The notes beneath the pieces are model-generated. The model saw only the letters and a list, made by a program, of their open reading frames with translations, ran no database searches and was not told where the DNA came from. Positions 44,464 through 54,991 of a stretch of 64,000 nucleotides of DNA are shown here, one piece after another. Source of the stretch: an uncultured Atopobiaceae bacterium (GTDB lineage: Bacteria > Actinomycetota > Coriobacteriia > Coriobacteriales > Atopobiaceae); assembly GCA_944321515.1 (NCBI GenBank), contig CALULO010000002.1:39163-103162 (forward strand), in the 5' to 3' direction. The position numbers and the translations under genes are program-made. How positions within the stretch are numbered: the first letter of the stretch is position 1; the number at the start of each line of letters is the position of its first letter.

Positions 44464-45696
44464 ATGGAGGAGAGATCGGTGCTGCCAGTTGACGAACAGC
44501 TTAAGGTGATCACGTCCGGGACGATGCAGATCGTGCCGCTCGACGAGCTCAAGAAGAAGCTCGAGAAGGGCACGCCCCTCAACATCAAGCTGGGAGTCGA
44601 CCCCACCAGCCCCGACCTGCACCTCGGCCACGCCGTGCCGCTGCGCAAGATGCGCCAGTTCCAGGACCTCGGCCACAACGTGACGCTCATCATCGGTAAC
44701 GGCACCGCGCTCATTGGCGACCCGTCCGGCCGCGACTCCACCCGCCCCCCGCTCACCGAGGAGCAGGTTGAGGAGAACGCCAAGACCTACGTCGAGCAGG
44801 CCATGAAGGTTCTGGACCCCGAGCGCACCCAGATCGTGCACAACGGCGACTGGCTCAAGGGCCTGAACCTCGCGGAGATGCTGAAGCTCATGAGCCAGTT
44901 CAACGTGGCTCGCATCCTTGAGCGCGAGGACTTCCACAACCGCTACACCGAGGGCAGGTCCATCGCCCTGCACGAGTTCATCTACCCGGTGCTGCAGGCC
45001 TACGACTCCGTGGTGGTCAAGGCCGACCTCGAGATGGGCGGCAACGACCAGATCTTCAACCTGCTGGCCGGTCGCGACCTCATGCGCGCGATGGGCATGG
45101 AGCCGCAGGTGGCCCTTACGGTGCCGCTGCTCGTGGGCACCGACGGCCACAAGAAGATGTCCAAGAGCTACGGCAACTACGTTGGCCTCACCGACGAGCC
45201 CGCCGACATGTACGGCAAGGTCATGTCGATCACCGACGAGCTCGTCCCGCTCTACTACCGCCTCTGCTCCACGCTGCCCGTCGAGGAGGTCGACGCGATC
45301 GACGCCGCGTTCGAGGCCGGCACTGCCGATCCCTACGCCCTGAAGCGCGCGCTCGCTGCAAACATCGTGGACCTCTACCATGGCGAGGGGGCCGGCGAGG
45401 CCGCAAGCGCGGCCTTTGACGCGCAGTTCAAGCGCGCCGAGGTGCCCGACGACGTCCCGGAGTTCCCGGTGAGCGTGGTCGAGGTCAACGACGAGGGCAA
45501 GGTCTACCTGGGCAAGCTGCTCGTGGAGGTGGGCATCGCCGCGTCCGCGGGCGAGGCGCGCCGCCTTGTCGACGGCGGCGGCGTCAAGATCAACGGCGAG
45601 GTCGTGGCCGCCAAGTGCTACAACGTTGACCCGGCCCTCCTGGGCGCGGGCACGGTGCTGCAGTCCGGCAAGCGCCGCTGGGCGCGCCTGGTGTAG
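44464..45696 (+). CDS. tyrS: Tyrosine--tRNA ligase
   Basis: It has the class I motifs HLGH and KMSKS and a C-terminal S4-like domain. The RBS GAAGAGG precedes the ATG at 44464. Confidence 0.95.
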   Translation: MEERSVLPVDEQLKVITSGTMQIVPLDELKKKLEKGTPLNIKLGVDPTSPDLHLGHAVPLRKMRQFQDLGHNVTLIIGNGTALIGDPSGRDSTRPPLTEEQVEENAKTYVEQAMKVLDPERTQIVHNGDWLKGLNLAEMLKLMSQFNVARILEREDFHNRYTEGRSIALHEFIYPVLQAYDSVVVKADLEMGGNDQIFNLLAGRDLMRAMGMEPQVALTVPLLVGTDGHKKMSKSYGNYVGLTDEPADMYGKVMSITDELVPLYYRLCSTLPVEEVDAIDAAFEAGTADPYALKRALAANIVDLYHGEGAGEAASAAFDAQFKRAEVPDDVPEFPVSVVEVNDEGKVYLGKLLVEVGIAASAGEARRLVDGGGVKINGEVVAAKCYNVDPALLGAGTVLQSGKRRWARLV

Positions 45697-45779
45697 GAGG
45701 CGGCGCGCCGCCAGAGGCGAGCATGCCCGGGCGCCCCGGCGGGCGGGCCGGCCGCGCGTCTCCCGAATCGCACAGGTGC

Positions 45780-45818
45780 GGCTCCCGGACGTTCCGAGCG
45801 CGGAAACGTCCGGGAGCC
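45780..45818 (+). terminator. Terminator hairpin after tyrS
   Basis: The stem GGCTCCCGGACGTT / AACGTCCGGGAGCC is a perfect 14 bp with an 11 nt loop. The downstream tract is only moderately T-rich. Confidence 0.55.
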
Positions 45819-45878
45819 GTCCGTTGTTCCCGACCGTTCTTCTCGTCCGCCGCAACCCGGCACACCAAGGAGCCCCAC

Positions 45879-48422
45879 ATGGCAAGACGACCCACATTCC
45901 TGCAGACCCACGGCGTGCCGGAGCTGCTGGCGCCCGCGGGCGGCCCAGAGCCGTTCAACGCGGCGCTCGCGGCCGGGGCCGACGCCATCTACTGCGGCCT
46001 CGGCAACGACTTCAACGCCCGGCGCAGCGCGCGCAACTTCGATGACGAGTCCTTCGCGGCGGCGTGCCGGCGCGCACACCTGGCCGGCGCGCGCGTCTAC
46101 GTGACGGTCAACGTGGCCGTGGCCACCTCGGAGCTCCCGGGCGTGCTGGCGCTGGTGCGGCGCGCGTGGCTGCTCGGGGCCGACGCCTTCATCATCCAGG
46201 ACTGGGGCCTTCTGGCGGAGGTCCGCCGGACGTGGCCGCAGATCGAGGTGCACGTCTCGACGCAGGCCAACGTGCACGACGTGCGCGGCGTGGCGTGGTG
46301 CCGCGACGTCTGGGGGGTGGACCGCGTGACGCTCTCGCGCGAGCTGTCCCTGTCGGAGATCGAGCGGATCGCGGGGGAGGGCGTGGAGCTGGAGTGCTTC
46401 GGCCACGGGGCGCTCTGCTTCTGCTACTCCGGCGTGTGCCTCATGAGCTCGATGAACGGCGGCCGCTCGGCCAACCGCGGCCTCTGCGCCCAGCCGTGCC
46501 GCCTGCCGTACGACCTCGTGGACGAGGACGGCCGCGTGATGGAGATCCCGGGGGTGGCCACGCAGGGCATGCCCGAGAAGAACCGCGGGGTTGGCGGCAC
46601 GCGCCTTCTGTGCCCCAAGGACTACTGCACGGTGGACCGCCTCGCCGAGATGCGCCGCGCCGGGGTGGGCTCCCTCAAGGTGGAGGGGCGCATGAAGGCC
46701 CCCGACTACGTGCTCAGCGTGGTGGGCGCCTACCGCGACGCCATTGACGCGCTGGTGGCGGGAGATGACAGCGAGGCGGCCGAGGCGGCCCGGCACCGCC
46801 GCCTCAAGCGCGCCTTCAACCGTGATTTCACAGAGAGCTACCTCTGGGGGCGCTCCGGCAACGAGATGATGAGCTACGAGCGTTCCAACAACCGTGGCGA
46901 GCTCGTGGGCGAGGTCGTGGCCTCGCGGGCGCTCGAGGACGCGCTCGTGCGGCGCGGCGGGGGCAACGGCGGGCGCGAGCGGATGCGCCGACGCACCCGT
47001 GCCGACGTGGATGTGCTGCTGAGCGCCCCGGTGGGGGAGGGGGACCTGCTGGAGATCCGCCCCGTGGACGACCCCACGCAGTTCCTGACCGCCCCCGCGC
47101 CGGCTGACGCGGCCGCGGGGGAGACCATCACCTGCCGCGCGGCCCGCGAGATGCCCGTGGGCTCGGTGGTGCGCGTGATCCGCTCGCAGCGGGCGCTTGA
47201 CGAGGCGGGCCGCGTGGCGGACAAGGACGTGGTGCGCCGGCGCCCCGTGGACGTCCGCGTGACGGCGCGCGTGGGGGAGCCCTTTGCCGTGGAGCTGACC
47301 TGCTCGGACGGCACGGCCGCGGCGCGGGCGGAGGGCTTCGTGGTGGAGCCGGCGCGCACCAAGGCCGTGACCGCTGAGGACCTGGTAGAGCACGTGGGCC
47401 GCATGGGGCAGAGCCCGTTCGAGGCCGTGAGCTGGGACGTCTCTCTTGACGAGGGCTGCGGGATGGGCTTCTCGGCGGTGCACAAGGTCCGCGCGGAGGC
47501 GTGTCGACGCCTGGAGGAGGCCCTGCTTGCGCCGTATGAGGCGCGCGCCGAGGACACCGCGGCGGCACCCGGCGCGGACGCGCTTGCGTCCCCCGGCCGC
47601 GTCGCGCCCGTCCCCGGGGCTTCTCGGGACGTCGAGGTGTGCGTGCTCGCCTCCGCCCCGGAGGCCGCGGAGGCGGCGCTTGCGGCAGGCGCCACGCGCG
47701 TCTATGCCGTCCCGGACGACCTTGCGCACGGGACGTGGCCCGAGGGCGTCATTCCCTGGCTTGACGAGGTCTGCCGCGAGTCCGACCACGCCCGCCTGGA
47801 CCCCTGGGTGCGCGCGGGAGAGCCCTGCGCGGTGGGCAACGTCTCCGAGCTGGCGCTCGCCGCGCAGCGCGGGGCAGCGCCCGAGGTTCGCTCCTGCGTG
47901 CCGGTCCACAACACGTCGTGCCTCGCCGCGCTTGAGGAGGCGGGCGCCGCGGGCGTCTGGCTCTCCGCCGAGCTGACGCTCGAGGAGGTCTGCGCCCTCG
48001 CCCGTGCCGCGCGAGTTCCGGTGGGCCTTGCCGTCATGGGGCGCGAGCGCGTGATGACGAGCGAGCACTGCGTCCTTCAGGCGCTGGGCCGCTGCATAGG
48101 CGACTGCCCCAACTGCGCCCTGCGCCGCCGCCGGCTCTCCCTGCGCGACATCGACGGGAACCTCCTGCCCGTTCGTACGGACGAGGAGGGCCGCTCCCGC
48201 ATCTGGACCGCCCACCCGCTCGACGCGACGCCACAGACGGGCGAGCTGCTTGCCGCAGGGGTTTCTCGCCTGCTCGTGGACGCGCAGATCATGAGCGCCT
48301 CCGAGACCCGCTTTGCCGTGGAGCGGGTCGTGCGTGCCGTGACGGCCGCCCGCTCCGGGCGTCGCCCGGCGCCACGCATGAAGGGCGCCACCTCCGGCCA
48401 TCTTTTCATGGGCATCGGCTAG
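45879..48422 (+). CDS. Peptidase U32 family protein (long form)
   Basis: The U32 core is present (ELLAPAG..., DAIYCG, conserved E-x-F-x-H-G-A-L-C-x-x-Y-S-G-x-C). The RBS AAGGAG precedes the ATG at 45879. Confidence 0.85.
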   Translation: MARRPTFLQTHGVPELLAPAGGPEPFNAALAAGADAIYCGLGNDFNARRSARNFDDESFAAACRRAHLAGARVYVTVNVAVATSELPGVLALVRRAWLLGADAFIIQDWGLLAEVRRTWPQIEVHVSTQANVHDVRGVAWCRDVWGVDRVTLSRELSLSEIERIAGEGVELECFGHGALCFCYSGVCLMSSMNGGRSANRGLCAQPCRLPYDLVDEDGRVMEIPGVATQGMPEKNRGVGGTRLLCPKDYCTVDRLAEMRRAGVGSLKVEGRMKAPDYVLSVVGAYRDAIDALVAGDDSEAAEAARHRRLKRAFNRDFTESYLWGRSGNEMMSYERSNNRGELVGEVVASRALEDALVRRGGGNGGRERMRRRTRADVDVLLSAPVGEGDLLEIRPVDDPTQFLTAPAPADAAAGETITCRAAREMPVGSVVRVIRSQRALDEAGRVADKDVVRRRPVDVRVTARVGEPFAVELTCSDGTAAARAEGFVVEPARTKAVTAEDLVEHVGRMGQSPFEAVSWDVSLDEGCGMGFSAVHKVRAEACRRLEEALLAPYEARAEDTAAAPGADALASPGRVAPVPGASRDVEVCVLASAPEAAEAALAAGATRVYAVPDDLAHGTWPEGVIPWLDEVCRESDHARLDPWVRAGEPCAVGNVSELALAAQRGAAPEVRSCVPVHNTSCLAALEEAGAAGVWLSAELTLEEVCALARAARVPVGLAVMGRERVMTSEHCVLQALGRCIGDCPNCALRRRRLSLRDIDGNLLPVRTDEEGRSRIWTAHPLDATPQTGELLAAGVSRLLVDAQIMSASETRFAVERVVRAVTAARSGRRPAPRMKGATSGHLFMGIG

Positions 48423-48519
48423 GCGGGCGGCGATTGGGTAACATGTCACCTGAAACGCACTGACCAACCGCGGGCGTGCCTCGACCGGGGCGCCCCGCTT
48501 ATCCGGAAAGGAACCTCCC

Positions 48520-48756
48520 ATGGCCGTTGATCGCGAACTTCTCGAGGCAACCATCGACGTCATCCGCCAGAGCCTGCAGGCCGACGGCGGCGACGTGGCC
48601 CTCATCGACTGCACCGACGACGGCGTGGTCACCCTGGAGATGCAGGGCGCCTGCGCCGGCTGCCCGCTCTCCAGCCTGGACATGTCGGAGGGCATCGAGC
48701 GCATCCTCAAGGAGCACGTCCCGGGCGTGACGCGCGTCCAGCCCGCCGCGTTCTAG
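48520..48756 (+). CDS. NifU-like (Nfu-type) Fe-S cluster scaffold domain protein
   Basis: The 78 aa ORF has GGDV and the CxxC motif (GACAGCP) typical of the NifU C-terminal domain. Confidence 0.8.
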   Translation: MAVDRELLEATIDVIRQSLQADGGDVALIDCTDDGVVTLEMQGACAGCPLSSLDMSEGIERILKEHVPGVTRVQPAAF

Positions 48757-48771
48757 GCCGGCGAGGGGCAC

Positions 48772-49587
48772 GTGTTCCTGAACGAGCTCTATCACGCTCT
48801 CGACCCCGTGGCCTTCACGCTTGGGCCGCTCACCGTGCGCTGGTACGGCATAGCCTACCTGCTCGGCTTCATCTGCGCGGGCGTCGTGATGTACCGCACC
48901 CAGAGGCGCTGGAAGCTCGGGCTCTCCGCGGACGACGTCTTCTCCGTCGTGATCGGCGTGGTCTTTGGCATCATCATCGGCGCCCGGCTCTTCTACGTGA
49001 TCTTCTACGGGGCGGGCTACTACCTCGAGCACCCGCTTGAGATCATCGCCACCTGGGACGGCGGCATGAGCTTCCACGGCGGCCTCGTGGGGGCCATCGT
49101 GGGCGGCTCGATCGTCTGCCGGATGTACCGCATCTCCATCCCGACCGTCTGCGACCTCGGGGTGATCGGCGCACCGCTCGGCCTCTTCTTCGGCCGTTGC
49201 GCCAACTTCGTGAACGGCGAGCTCTGGGGCAAGGAGACCGACCTGCCCTGGGGCGTCATGTTCGAGACGGGCGGGGCGGTCTACCGCCACCCCTCCCAGC
49301 TCTACGAGGCCGTGCTCGAGGGCCTGGTGATCTTTGCGGTGCTCTACGCGATGTCGCGCCGCGTGCCGCCGCGCCCGCAGGGCACCTTCATGGGGATGTT
49401 CCTCACGCTCTACGGCGTGGCACGGATCCTCGTGGAGTTTGTCCGCGTGCCGGACGCCCAGCTCGGCTACCTCCTCGGGCCCATAACCATGGGCCAGCTC
49501 CTGAGCCTGCCCCTCGTGGTGATAGGGGTGGCGCTGCTGGTGGCGGCGCACAGGCTGGGCCGGCCCCAGGTGGGCTACAGGGAGTAG
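48772..49587 (+). CDS. lgt: Prolipoprotein diacylglyceryl transferase
   Basis: Lgt signatures are present (VRWYGIAYLLGF, GGMSFHGG, GRxANFxNGELWG, HPSQLYE). It uses a GTG start. Confidence 0.9.
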   Translation: MFLNELYHALDPVAFTLGPLTVRWYGIAYLLGFICAGVVMYRTQRRWKLGLSADDVFSVVIGVVFGIIIGARLFYVIFYGAGYYLEHPLEIIATWDGGMSFHGGLVGAIVGGSIVCRMYRISIPTVCDLGVIGAPLGLFFGRCANFVNGELWGKETDLPWGVMFETGGAVYRHPSQLYEAVLEGLVIFAVLYAMSRRVPPRPQGTFMGMFLTLYGVARILVEFVRVPDAQLGYLLGPITMGQLLSLPLVVIGVALLVAAHRLGRPQVGYRE

Positions 49588-49764
49588 CGCGGCGGCCGGG
49601 GCCGTGGCCGGCCCCGAGCCATTGCCGGCTGCCCCCAGGGCCTGTCGTCGTCGGCCTCCGCCCGCCCCCTCCCTGCGGGTGTGGATTTTTATACAGTCTG
49701 TCTAAAATCGGCGCCAGGCTGCTAGAGTGTCCCCTGTTGCATTGCGTGTGAACAGGGGGTTGGC

Positions 49765-52700
49765 GTGACAGAGGCGAGAAGAACGCTCCGTGTGGGCATC
49801 GACGTGGGTTCTACCACGGTCAAGGTGGTGGCGCTTGAGCCGGATGGCAGCGCCGTAGGCAGGCGGGTCTTCTCGCGCTACGTCCGCCACGGCGCCCGCC
49901 AGGCCCTCGTTGCCTCCAAGGTGCTCGACGAGCTGGCGGCCGCCTTCCCGGACGCGGACTTTGACGCCGCGCTCACGGGCTCGGGCGCCACGACGCTCGC
50001 CAGCGAGCTTGGCCTGCCCTACGTGCAGGAGGTGGTCGCCAACTCGATCGCGGTGCGCGCCCTCTACCCGGCGGCCCGCACGGCCATCGAGCTCGGGGGC
50101 CAGGACGCCAAGATTGTCTTCTTCGAGCGCGACCCGCGCACCGGCGAGCTCACGGTCTCCAACATGCGCATGAACGGCTCGTGCGCAGGCGGCACGGGGG
50201 CCTTCCTGGACGAGATCGCCTCCCTGCTCAAGGTGGCGCCGGAGGACTTCGACGCGCTGGCCTCGGCGGGCGTCACGGTCTACGACATCTCCGGTCGCTG
50301 CGGCGTCTACGCCAAGACGGACATCCAGCCCCTCATCAACCAGGGCGTCTCCAAGGAGGACATCGCCCTCTCGTCCCTGCACGCCATCGCCAAGCAGACG
50401 ATCGGCGGGCTGGCCCAGGGCCTCGACATCGTGGCCCCGGTCGTCTTCGAGGGCGGCCCGCTCACCTTCGACCCCACGCTCGTGCGCGTCTTCGCGGAGC
50501 GCCTGGGCCTCTCCGAGGAGGAGACGCTCATCCCCGAGCACGCGGAGACCATCATGGCGCTTGGCGCCGCCCTTGCGGTCGACCAGCTCTTCTCCGACCG
50601 CCCCACCGCGATCGACGTGCCCGCTGCCGTCCGCGCGCTTCGCGAGCTCGACGCCCGGCCGCACGTCGCCGAGGAGGAGCCGGCCGAGCCGTTCTTCTCG
50701 TCAGAGGCGGAGCTCCGGCGCTTCGAGGAGCGCCACGCGGCGCCGGCCGAGGCGGCCCCGAGCGAGCCCGTCGACGGCGTCCTCAAGGTCTACCTGGGCA
50801 TAGACTCCGGATCGACTACCACGAAGTTTGTCCTCATCGACCAGGGCGGCGCGTTCGTGGACTCCTTCTACGCCTCCAACGAGGGCGAGCCGCTTGACGT
50901 GGCGGCCCGCGCCCTGCGCGAGCTCGACGCCCGCCACCGCGCCGCGGGGCACCGCCTCGAGGTCCTGGGAGTGGGCACCACCGGCTACGGCGAGCTCATG
51001 TTCGCCAAGGCCTTCGGCGCGGACTACCACGTGGTCGAGACCGTGGCCCACGCCCGCGCGGTGCGCGACCTGGTGCCGGACGCCACCTTTGTGCTGGACA
51101 TCGGCGGCCAGGACATGAAGGCCATCTGGCTGGACGAGGGCGTCATCACCAACGTGGTGGTCAACGAGGCGTGCTCGTCCGGCTGCGGCTCCTTCCTCGA
51201 GACCTTCGCGCGCACGCTCGGGATCCCGGTGGAGGGCATCGCCGAGGCGGCCTTCCGCTCGGACGCCCCGGCCAAGCTCGGCAGCCGCTGCACCGTCTTC
51301 ATGACGAGCAGCATCGTGACCGAGCAGCGCAACGGAAAGACTCCCGACGACATCATGGCTGGCCTGTGCCGCTCGATCATAGAGAACGTGTTCACCAAGG
51401 TGGTTCGCGTGCCGAGCATGGACGCCCTGGGCGAGAAGATCGTGGTGCAGGGCGGCACGTTCCTTAACGACGCGGTTCTGCGCGCCTTCGAGCAGCGCGT
51501 GGGCCGTCCCGTGACGCGCTCGCCGCACGCCGGGCTCATGGGGGCCATCGGCGTGGCCCAGCTCGTTCGCGAGAAGGCCGCCCAGACCATGCGCGCCACC
51601 GGTCACGTGGCCCCGAGCTCGTTCATCGGCTTCGACGCTCTGAGCTCCTTCTCCTACTCCACCGAGGCGGGCCTGCCCTGCCCGTTCTGCCAGAACCACT
51701 GCAGCCGCACGCGCATCACGTTCTCCAGCGGCTCCTCGTGGGTGACGGGCAACCGCTGCCCGCGCGGCGAGGTGGTGGGGGACCCCAAGGACCCGGACGT
51801 CCGCGCCCGGGAGCGCGCCGTGCGAGAGCGCACCTCCCGCGTGCCGAACCTCTTTGCTGAGCGCGAGCGGATGCTCTTCCGCAAGTATCCCTGCCGGCCC
51901 GTGCGCGACCTCGGCGAGGACGCGCCTGTGGTTGGCCTGCCGCGTGTGCTCGCGCTCTGGGAGTGGGCGCCGTTCTGGACCACGCTGCTCAAGGCGGCTG
52001 GATACCGCGTGAAGCTCTCCCGCAAGAGCTCCCGCAGCATCTATGAGCGCGGGCTTCCTGCCGTGACCTCGGACACGGTGTGCTTCCCGGCAAAGCTCGT
52101 CCACGGGCACCTGCGCGACCTGCGCGACCAGGGCGTAGACCGCATCTTCATGCCCTCGGTCACCACGGTGCCCTCCGACAACGCCTCCAAGGACAGCCAG
52201 TCCATGTGCGCGGTGGTCAAGGGGTACCCCCTCGTGGTGGCCAACTCCGACAACCCGGTCGACCGCTGGGGCGTTCCGTTTGACGCACCGCTCTTCCACT
52301 GGTACTCGGACGAGGACCGCGAGCGACAGCTCACGGCCTACCTTGCCTCCTGGGCCGGCCTCACGCGCGAGCAGGCCCACGAGGCCGTTGCCCAGGCCGT
52401 CGCGGCGCAGGACGCCTTCCGCTCAGAGCTGGAGCGTCGTGGCCGCGAGGTCGTCGCGGGCGTCGAGAAGGACGGGGGCTACGCGGTGGTCCTCGCCTCC
52501 CGCCCGTACCAGAACGACTCCCTGGTCAACCACGACCTGCCGCGCATGTTCGTGGAGGCGGGCATCCCGGTGCTCACGGCCGACGCCGTGCCGGGGGTGC
52601 ATGAGGTCGACCTCTCGGCGAGCCGCATCGACGTGGTCAACAACTTCCACGAGCGCATGCTCGGCTCTGCCGTGATCGCGGCGCGCGACAGCCGTCTGGA

Positions 52701-54318
52701 GTACGTGCAGCTCGTGAGCTTTGGCTGCGGGCACGACGCCTACCTCTCGGACGAGATCTCCCGCCTCATGCACGAGATTGGCGACAAGGCCCCGCTGGTC
52801 CTCAAGCTGGACGAGTCGGACGCCACCGGCCCCCTCGGCATTCGCGTCCGCTCCTTCGTGGAGACGGTGCGCGAGCGTAGGGCCAAGGAGCGCGCCGAGG
52901 GCCTGGTGCCCGAGCCGCGTCCGCTGACGGACCCGTATCCCAACAAGTTCGAGCGCGGGGACGAGGACCTCTACACGGTGCTCGTGCCCAACACGTCGCA
53001 CGCGTTCAGCAGGCTCATGGCCGCGGCCGCCTGTCGCCAGGGCGTGCGCGCGGTGCCTCTGGAGGTCGGCCGCGAGGAGGCCATCCGCCTGGGCAAGCGC
53101 TACGTCCACAACGACATCTGCTTCCCGGCGCAGATCGTGATCGGCGAGGTGCTTGCGGAGCTGGAGCGCGGCAACCACGATCCGGCGAGCACCGCCGTCA
53201 TGATGGCGAAGTACGTGGGCGACTGCCGCCTCACGCACTACGGCGCGCTGCTGCGCAAGGCGCTCGACGACGCCGGCTACGAGCAGGTGCCCATCATCAC
53301 CAACGACGGCGAGGACTCCCATGACATGCACCCCGGCTTCCGCCTGGGGCTCTGGTCCTCCATCGACATCGCGCTCGTCCTGCCGATGATCGACGTCCTG
53401 GAGGCGCTCCTGCGCAAGATCCGCCCCTATGAGCTGGAGCCCGGCTCGGCGGACGCCGCCTTTGAGCGGGCGATGGACGCGCTGATCGACGACGGGCTCA
53501 TCGCCCACGGGGCGCGAGGCGCGGTGCGCGGCTTCAAGCGCGCCCTGGCAGAGATGGACGCCGTCGCCTATGACCGCAGCCGCCCGCGTCCCCGCGTGCT
53601 CATCGTGGGCGAGTACCTGCTCAACTTCCACCCCGGCGCCAACCACGAGATCGAGCGCTACCTCGAGGCCAACGGCTTCGAGATCGTGGAGGCGCGCATG
53701 ACCGACGTCATTCGCAAGTCCTACTCCTACAAGCACGCGCAGTCCAAGGACTACCACGTCTCCATCCCGCGCAAGGACCGCGTCTGGAACGCCACGGTGG
53801 ACGACGTCTTCTCCGCCACGCTGGCCCTGACGGACAGGATCGCGCGGACGCACCCGCTCTACGAGCGGCCGGCCAGCATGGACGAGCTCGCCGAGAAGAG
53901 CAACCCGATCATCCACCGCACCTTCGACGCGGGCGAGGGCATCCTCATCCCGGCGGAGATTCTGGAGCAGGCGTCGCACGGCGTGCGCAACTTCGTGATC
54001 CTGCAGCCGTTTGGCTGCCTGCCCAACCACGTGGTGGGTCGCGGCATCATCAAGCGCGTGAAGGAGCTCTACCCGGACGCGCAGGTGCTTCCGCTCGACT
54101 ACGACCCCGACGTGAGCCAGGCCAACATCGAGAACCGCCTCCAGATGCTCGTCATGGACGCGCGCCCCGACGTTGCGCCCGAGGAGCGCGCCGAGGCGCC
54201 CAGAAGCGTGGTGGCCTCCATCGACCAGTGGGGCCGCGACGCCATCGCCGCGGCGGAGCGCGCGCTCGACGACGCCGTGACGGTTGGGATGGGCAGCCCC
54301 GCGAGGGACTCGCGATGA
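49765..54318 (+). CDS. Fused acyl-CoA dehydratase activase-related protein (two BcrAD/BadFG ATPase modules + two dehydratase-like modules)
   Basis: The 1517 aa ORF has duplicated GIDxGSTTxK ATPase modules followed by DUF2229/HgdB-like regions. The start is GTG 49765 or GTG 49792. Confidence 0.85.
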   Translation: MTEARRTLRVGIDVGSTTVKVVALEPDGSAVGRRVFSRYVRHGARQALVASKVLDELAAAFPDADFDAALTGSGATTLASELGLPYVQEVVANSIAVRALYPAARTAIELGGQDAKIVFFERDPRTGELTVSNMRMNGSCAGGTGAFLDEIASLLKVAPEDFDALASAGVTVYDISGRCGVYAKTDIQPLINQGVSKEDIALSSLHAIAKQTIGGLAQGLDIVAPVVFEGGPLTFDPTLVRVFAERLGLSEEETLIPEHAETIMALGAALAVDQLFSDRPTAIDVPAAVRALRELDARPHVAEEEPAEPFFSSEAELRRFEERHAAPAEAAPSEPVDGVLKVYLGIDSGSTTTKFVLIDQGGAFVDSFYASNEGEPLDVAARALRELDARHRAAGHRLEVLGVGTTGYGELMFAKAFGADYHVVETVAHARAVRDLVPDATFVLDIGGQDMKAIWLDEGVITNVVVNEACSSGCGSFLETFARTLGIPVEGIAEAAFRSDAPAKLGSRCTVFMTSSIVTEQRNGKTPDDIMAGLCRSIIENVFTKVVRVPSMDALGEKIVVQGGTFLNDAVLRAFEQRVGRPVTRSPHAGLMGAIGVAQLVREKAAQTMRATGHVAPSSFIGFDALSSFSYSTEAGLPCPFCQNHCSRTRITFSSGSSWVTGNRCPRGEVVGDPKDPDVRARERAVRERTSRVPNLFAERERMLFRKYPCRPVRDLGEDAPVVGLPRVLALWEWAPFWTTLLKAAGYRVKLSRKSSRSIYERGLPAVTSDTVCFPAKLVHGHLRDLRDQGVDRIFMPSVTTVPSDNASKDSQSMCAVVKGYPLVVANSDNPVDRWGVPFDAPLFHWYSDEDRERQLTAYLASWAGLTREQAHEAVAQAVAAQDAFRSELERRGREVVAGVEKDGGYAVVLASRPYQNDSLVNHDLPRMFVEAGIPVLTADAVPGVHEVDLSASRIDVVNNFHERMLGSAVIAARDSRLEYVQLVSFGCGHDAYLSDEISRLMHEIGDKAPLVLKLDESDATGPLGIRVRSFVETVRERRAKERAEGLVPEPRPLTDPYPNKFERGDEDLYTVLVPNTSHAFSRLMAAAACRQGVRAVPLEVGREEAIRLGKRYVHNDICFPAQIVIGEVLAELERGNHDPASTAVMMAKYVGDCRLTHYGALLRKALDDAGYEQVPIITNDGEDSHDMHPGFRLGLWSSIDIALVLPMIDVLEALLRKIRPYELEPGSADAAFERAMDALIDDGLIAHGARGAVRGFKRALAEMDAVAYDRSRPRPRVLIVGEYLLNFHPGANHEIERYLEANGFEIVEARMTDVIRKSYSYKHAQSKDYHVSIPRKDRVWNATVDDVFSATLALTDRIARTHPLYERPASMDELAEKSNPIIHRTFDAGEGILIPAEILEQASHGVRNFVILQPFGCLPNHVVGRGIIKRVKELYPDAQVLPLDYDPDVSQANIENRLQMLVMDARPDVAPEERAEAPRSVVASIDQWGRDAIAAAERALDDAVTVGMGSPARDSR

Positions 54319-54950
54319 GCGTGGGGACGGCGAGCGCGGTGGCGGAGGCCCCCGCGCGCTGCGCCGACCGCATGAAGGTCCGCCTGGCCGACGCGCTCTG
54401 GAGCTGCCTCGAGGAGAAGCGCCTCGCCGACATCTCGGTGGGCGACGTCATAGAGGCGGCCGACGTGAGCCGTGGCTCGTTCTACTATCACTTCTCCGAC
54501 CTCGACCACCTCACGACCTGGGCGCTCGAGTGCGAGATCATGGACTCCGACCGACAGGGCCACTCCTTCGCGATCCTCTCGTCGCGCGCGGTGGTGCCCG
54601 AGGAGACGCCCGTCATGAGCCGCAGCATCGCTCGGGTGTGCCTGCTCCTGGACCGTGGTGGCATGAGCGCGGTCTTCGAGGTGTCGCTTGACGCGATGCT
54701 CGGCGTGTGGACGGAGGCGCTGTGCGGCTCGGGCGAGGAGCTCCCGGACTCGGTGGTGGCCCAGCTCGAGTACGCCGCGGGGGGCATGGTCGGGATGCTC
54801 GCGCGTGCGAGCGGGTCCTCGGAGGCCAAGCGCCGCGTCTCCGTGGCGTTTCTGCACGAGCGACACCTCTGGCTCGTGCAGCGCGTGGCCGAGGTGCTTG
54901 GCGTGAGCGCGCGCGAGCTCATGGGCCGTCTCGACGGCGCCGCCGCATAA
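54315..54950 (+). CDS. TetR/AcrR-family transcriptional regulator
   Basis: An ATGA overlap couples it to the preceding gene. It has an N-terminal HTH (ISVGDVIEAADVSRGSFYYHF). Confidence 0.7.
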   Translation: MSVGTASAVAEAPARCADRMKVRLADALWSCLEEKRLADISVGDVIEAADVSRGSFYYHFSDLDHLTTWALECEIMDSDRQGHSFAILSSRAVVPEETPVMSRSIARVCLLLDRGGMSAVFEVSLDAMLGVWTEALCGSGEELPDSVVAQLEYAAGGMVGMLARASGSSEAKRRVSVAFLHERHLWLVQRVAEVLGVSARELMGRLDGAAA

Positions 54951-54953
54951 GGA

Positions 54954-54991
54954 GGGGCGGGAGGGGCCGTGGTGTCGGCCCCTCCCGCCCC
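54954..54991. terminator. Bidirectional terminator hairpin
   Basis: The stem GGGGCGGGAGGGGCCG / CGGCCCCTCCCGCCCC is a perfect 16 bp with a 6 nt loop. It lies between convergent genes. Confidence 0.6.
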
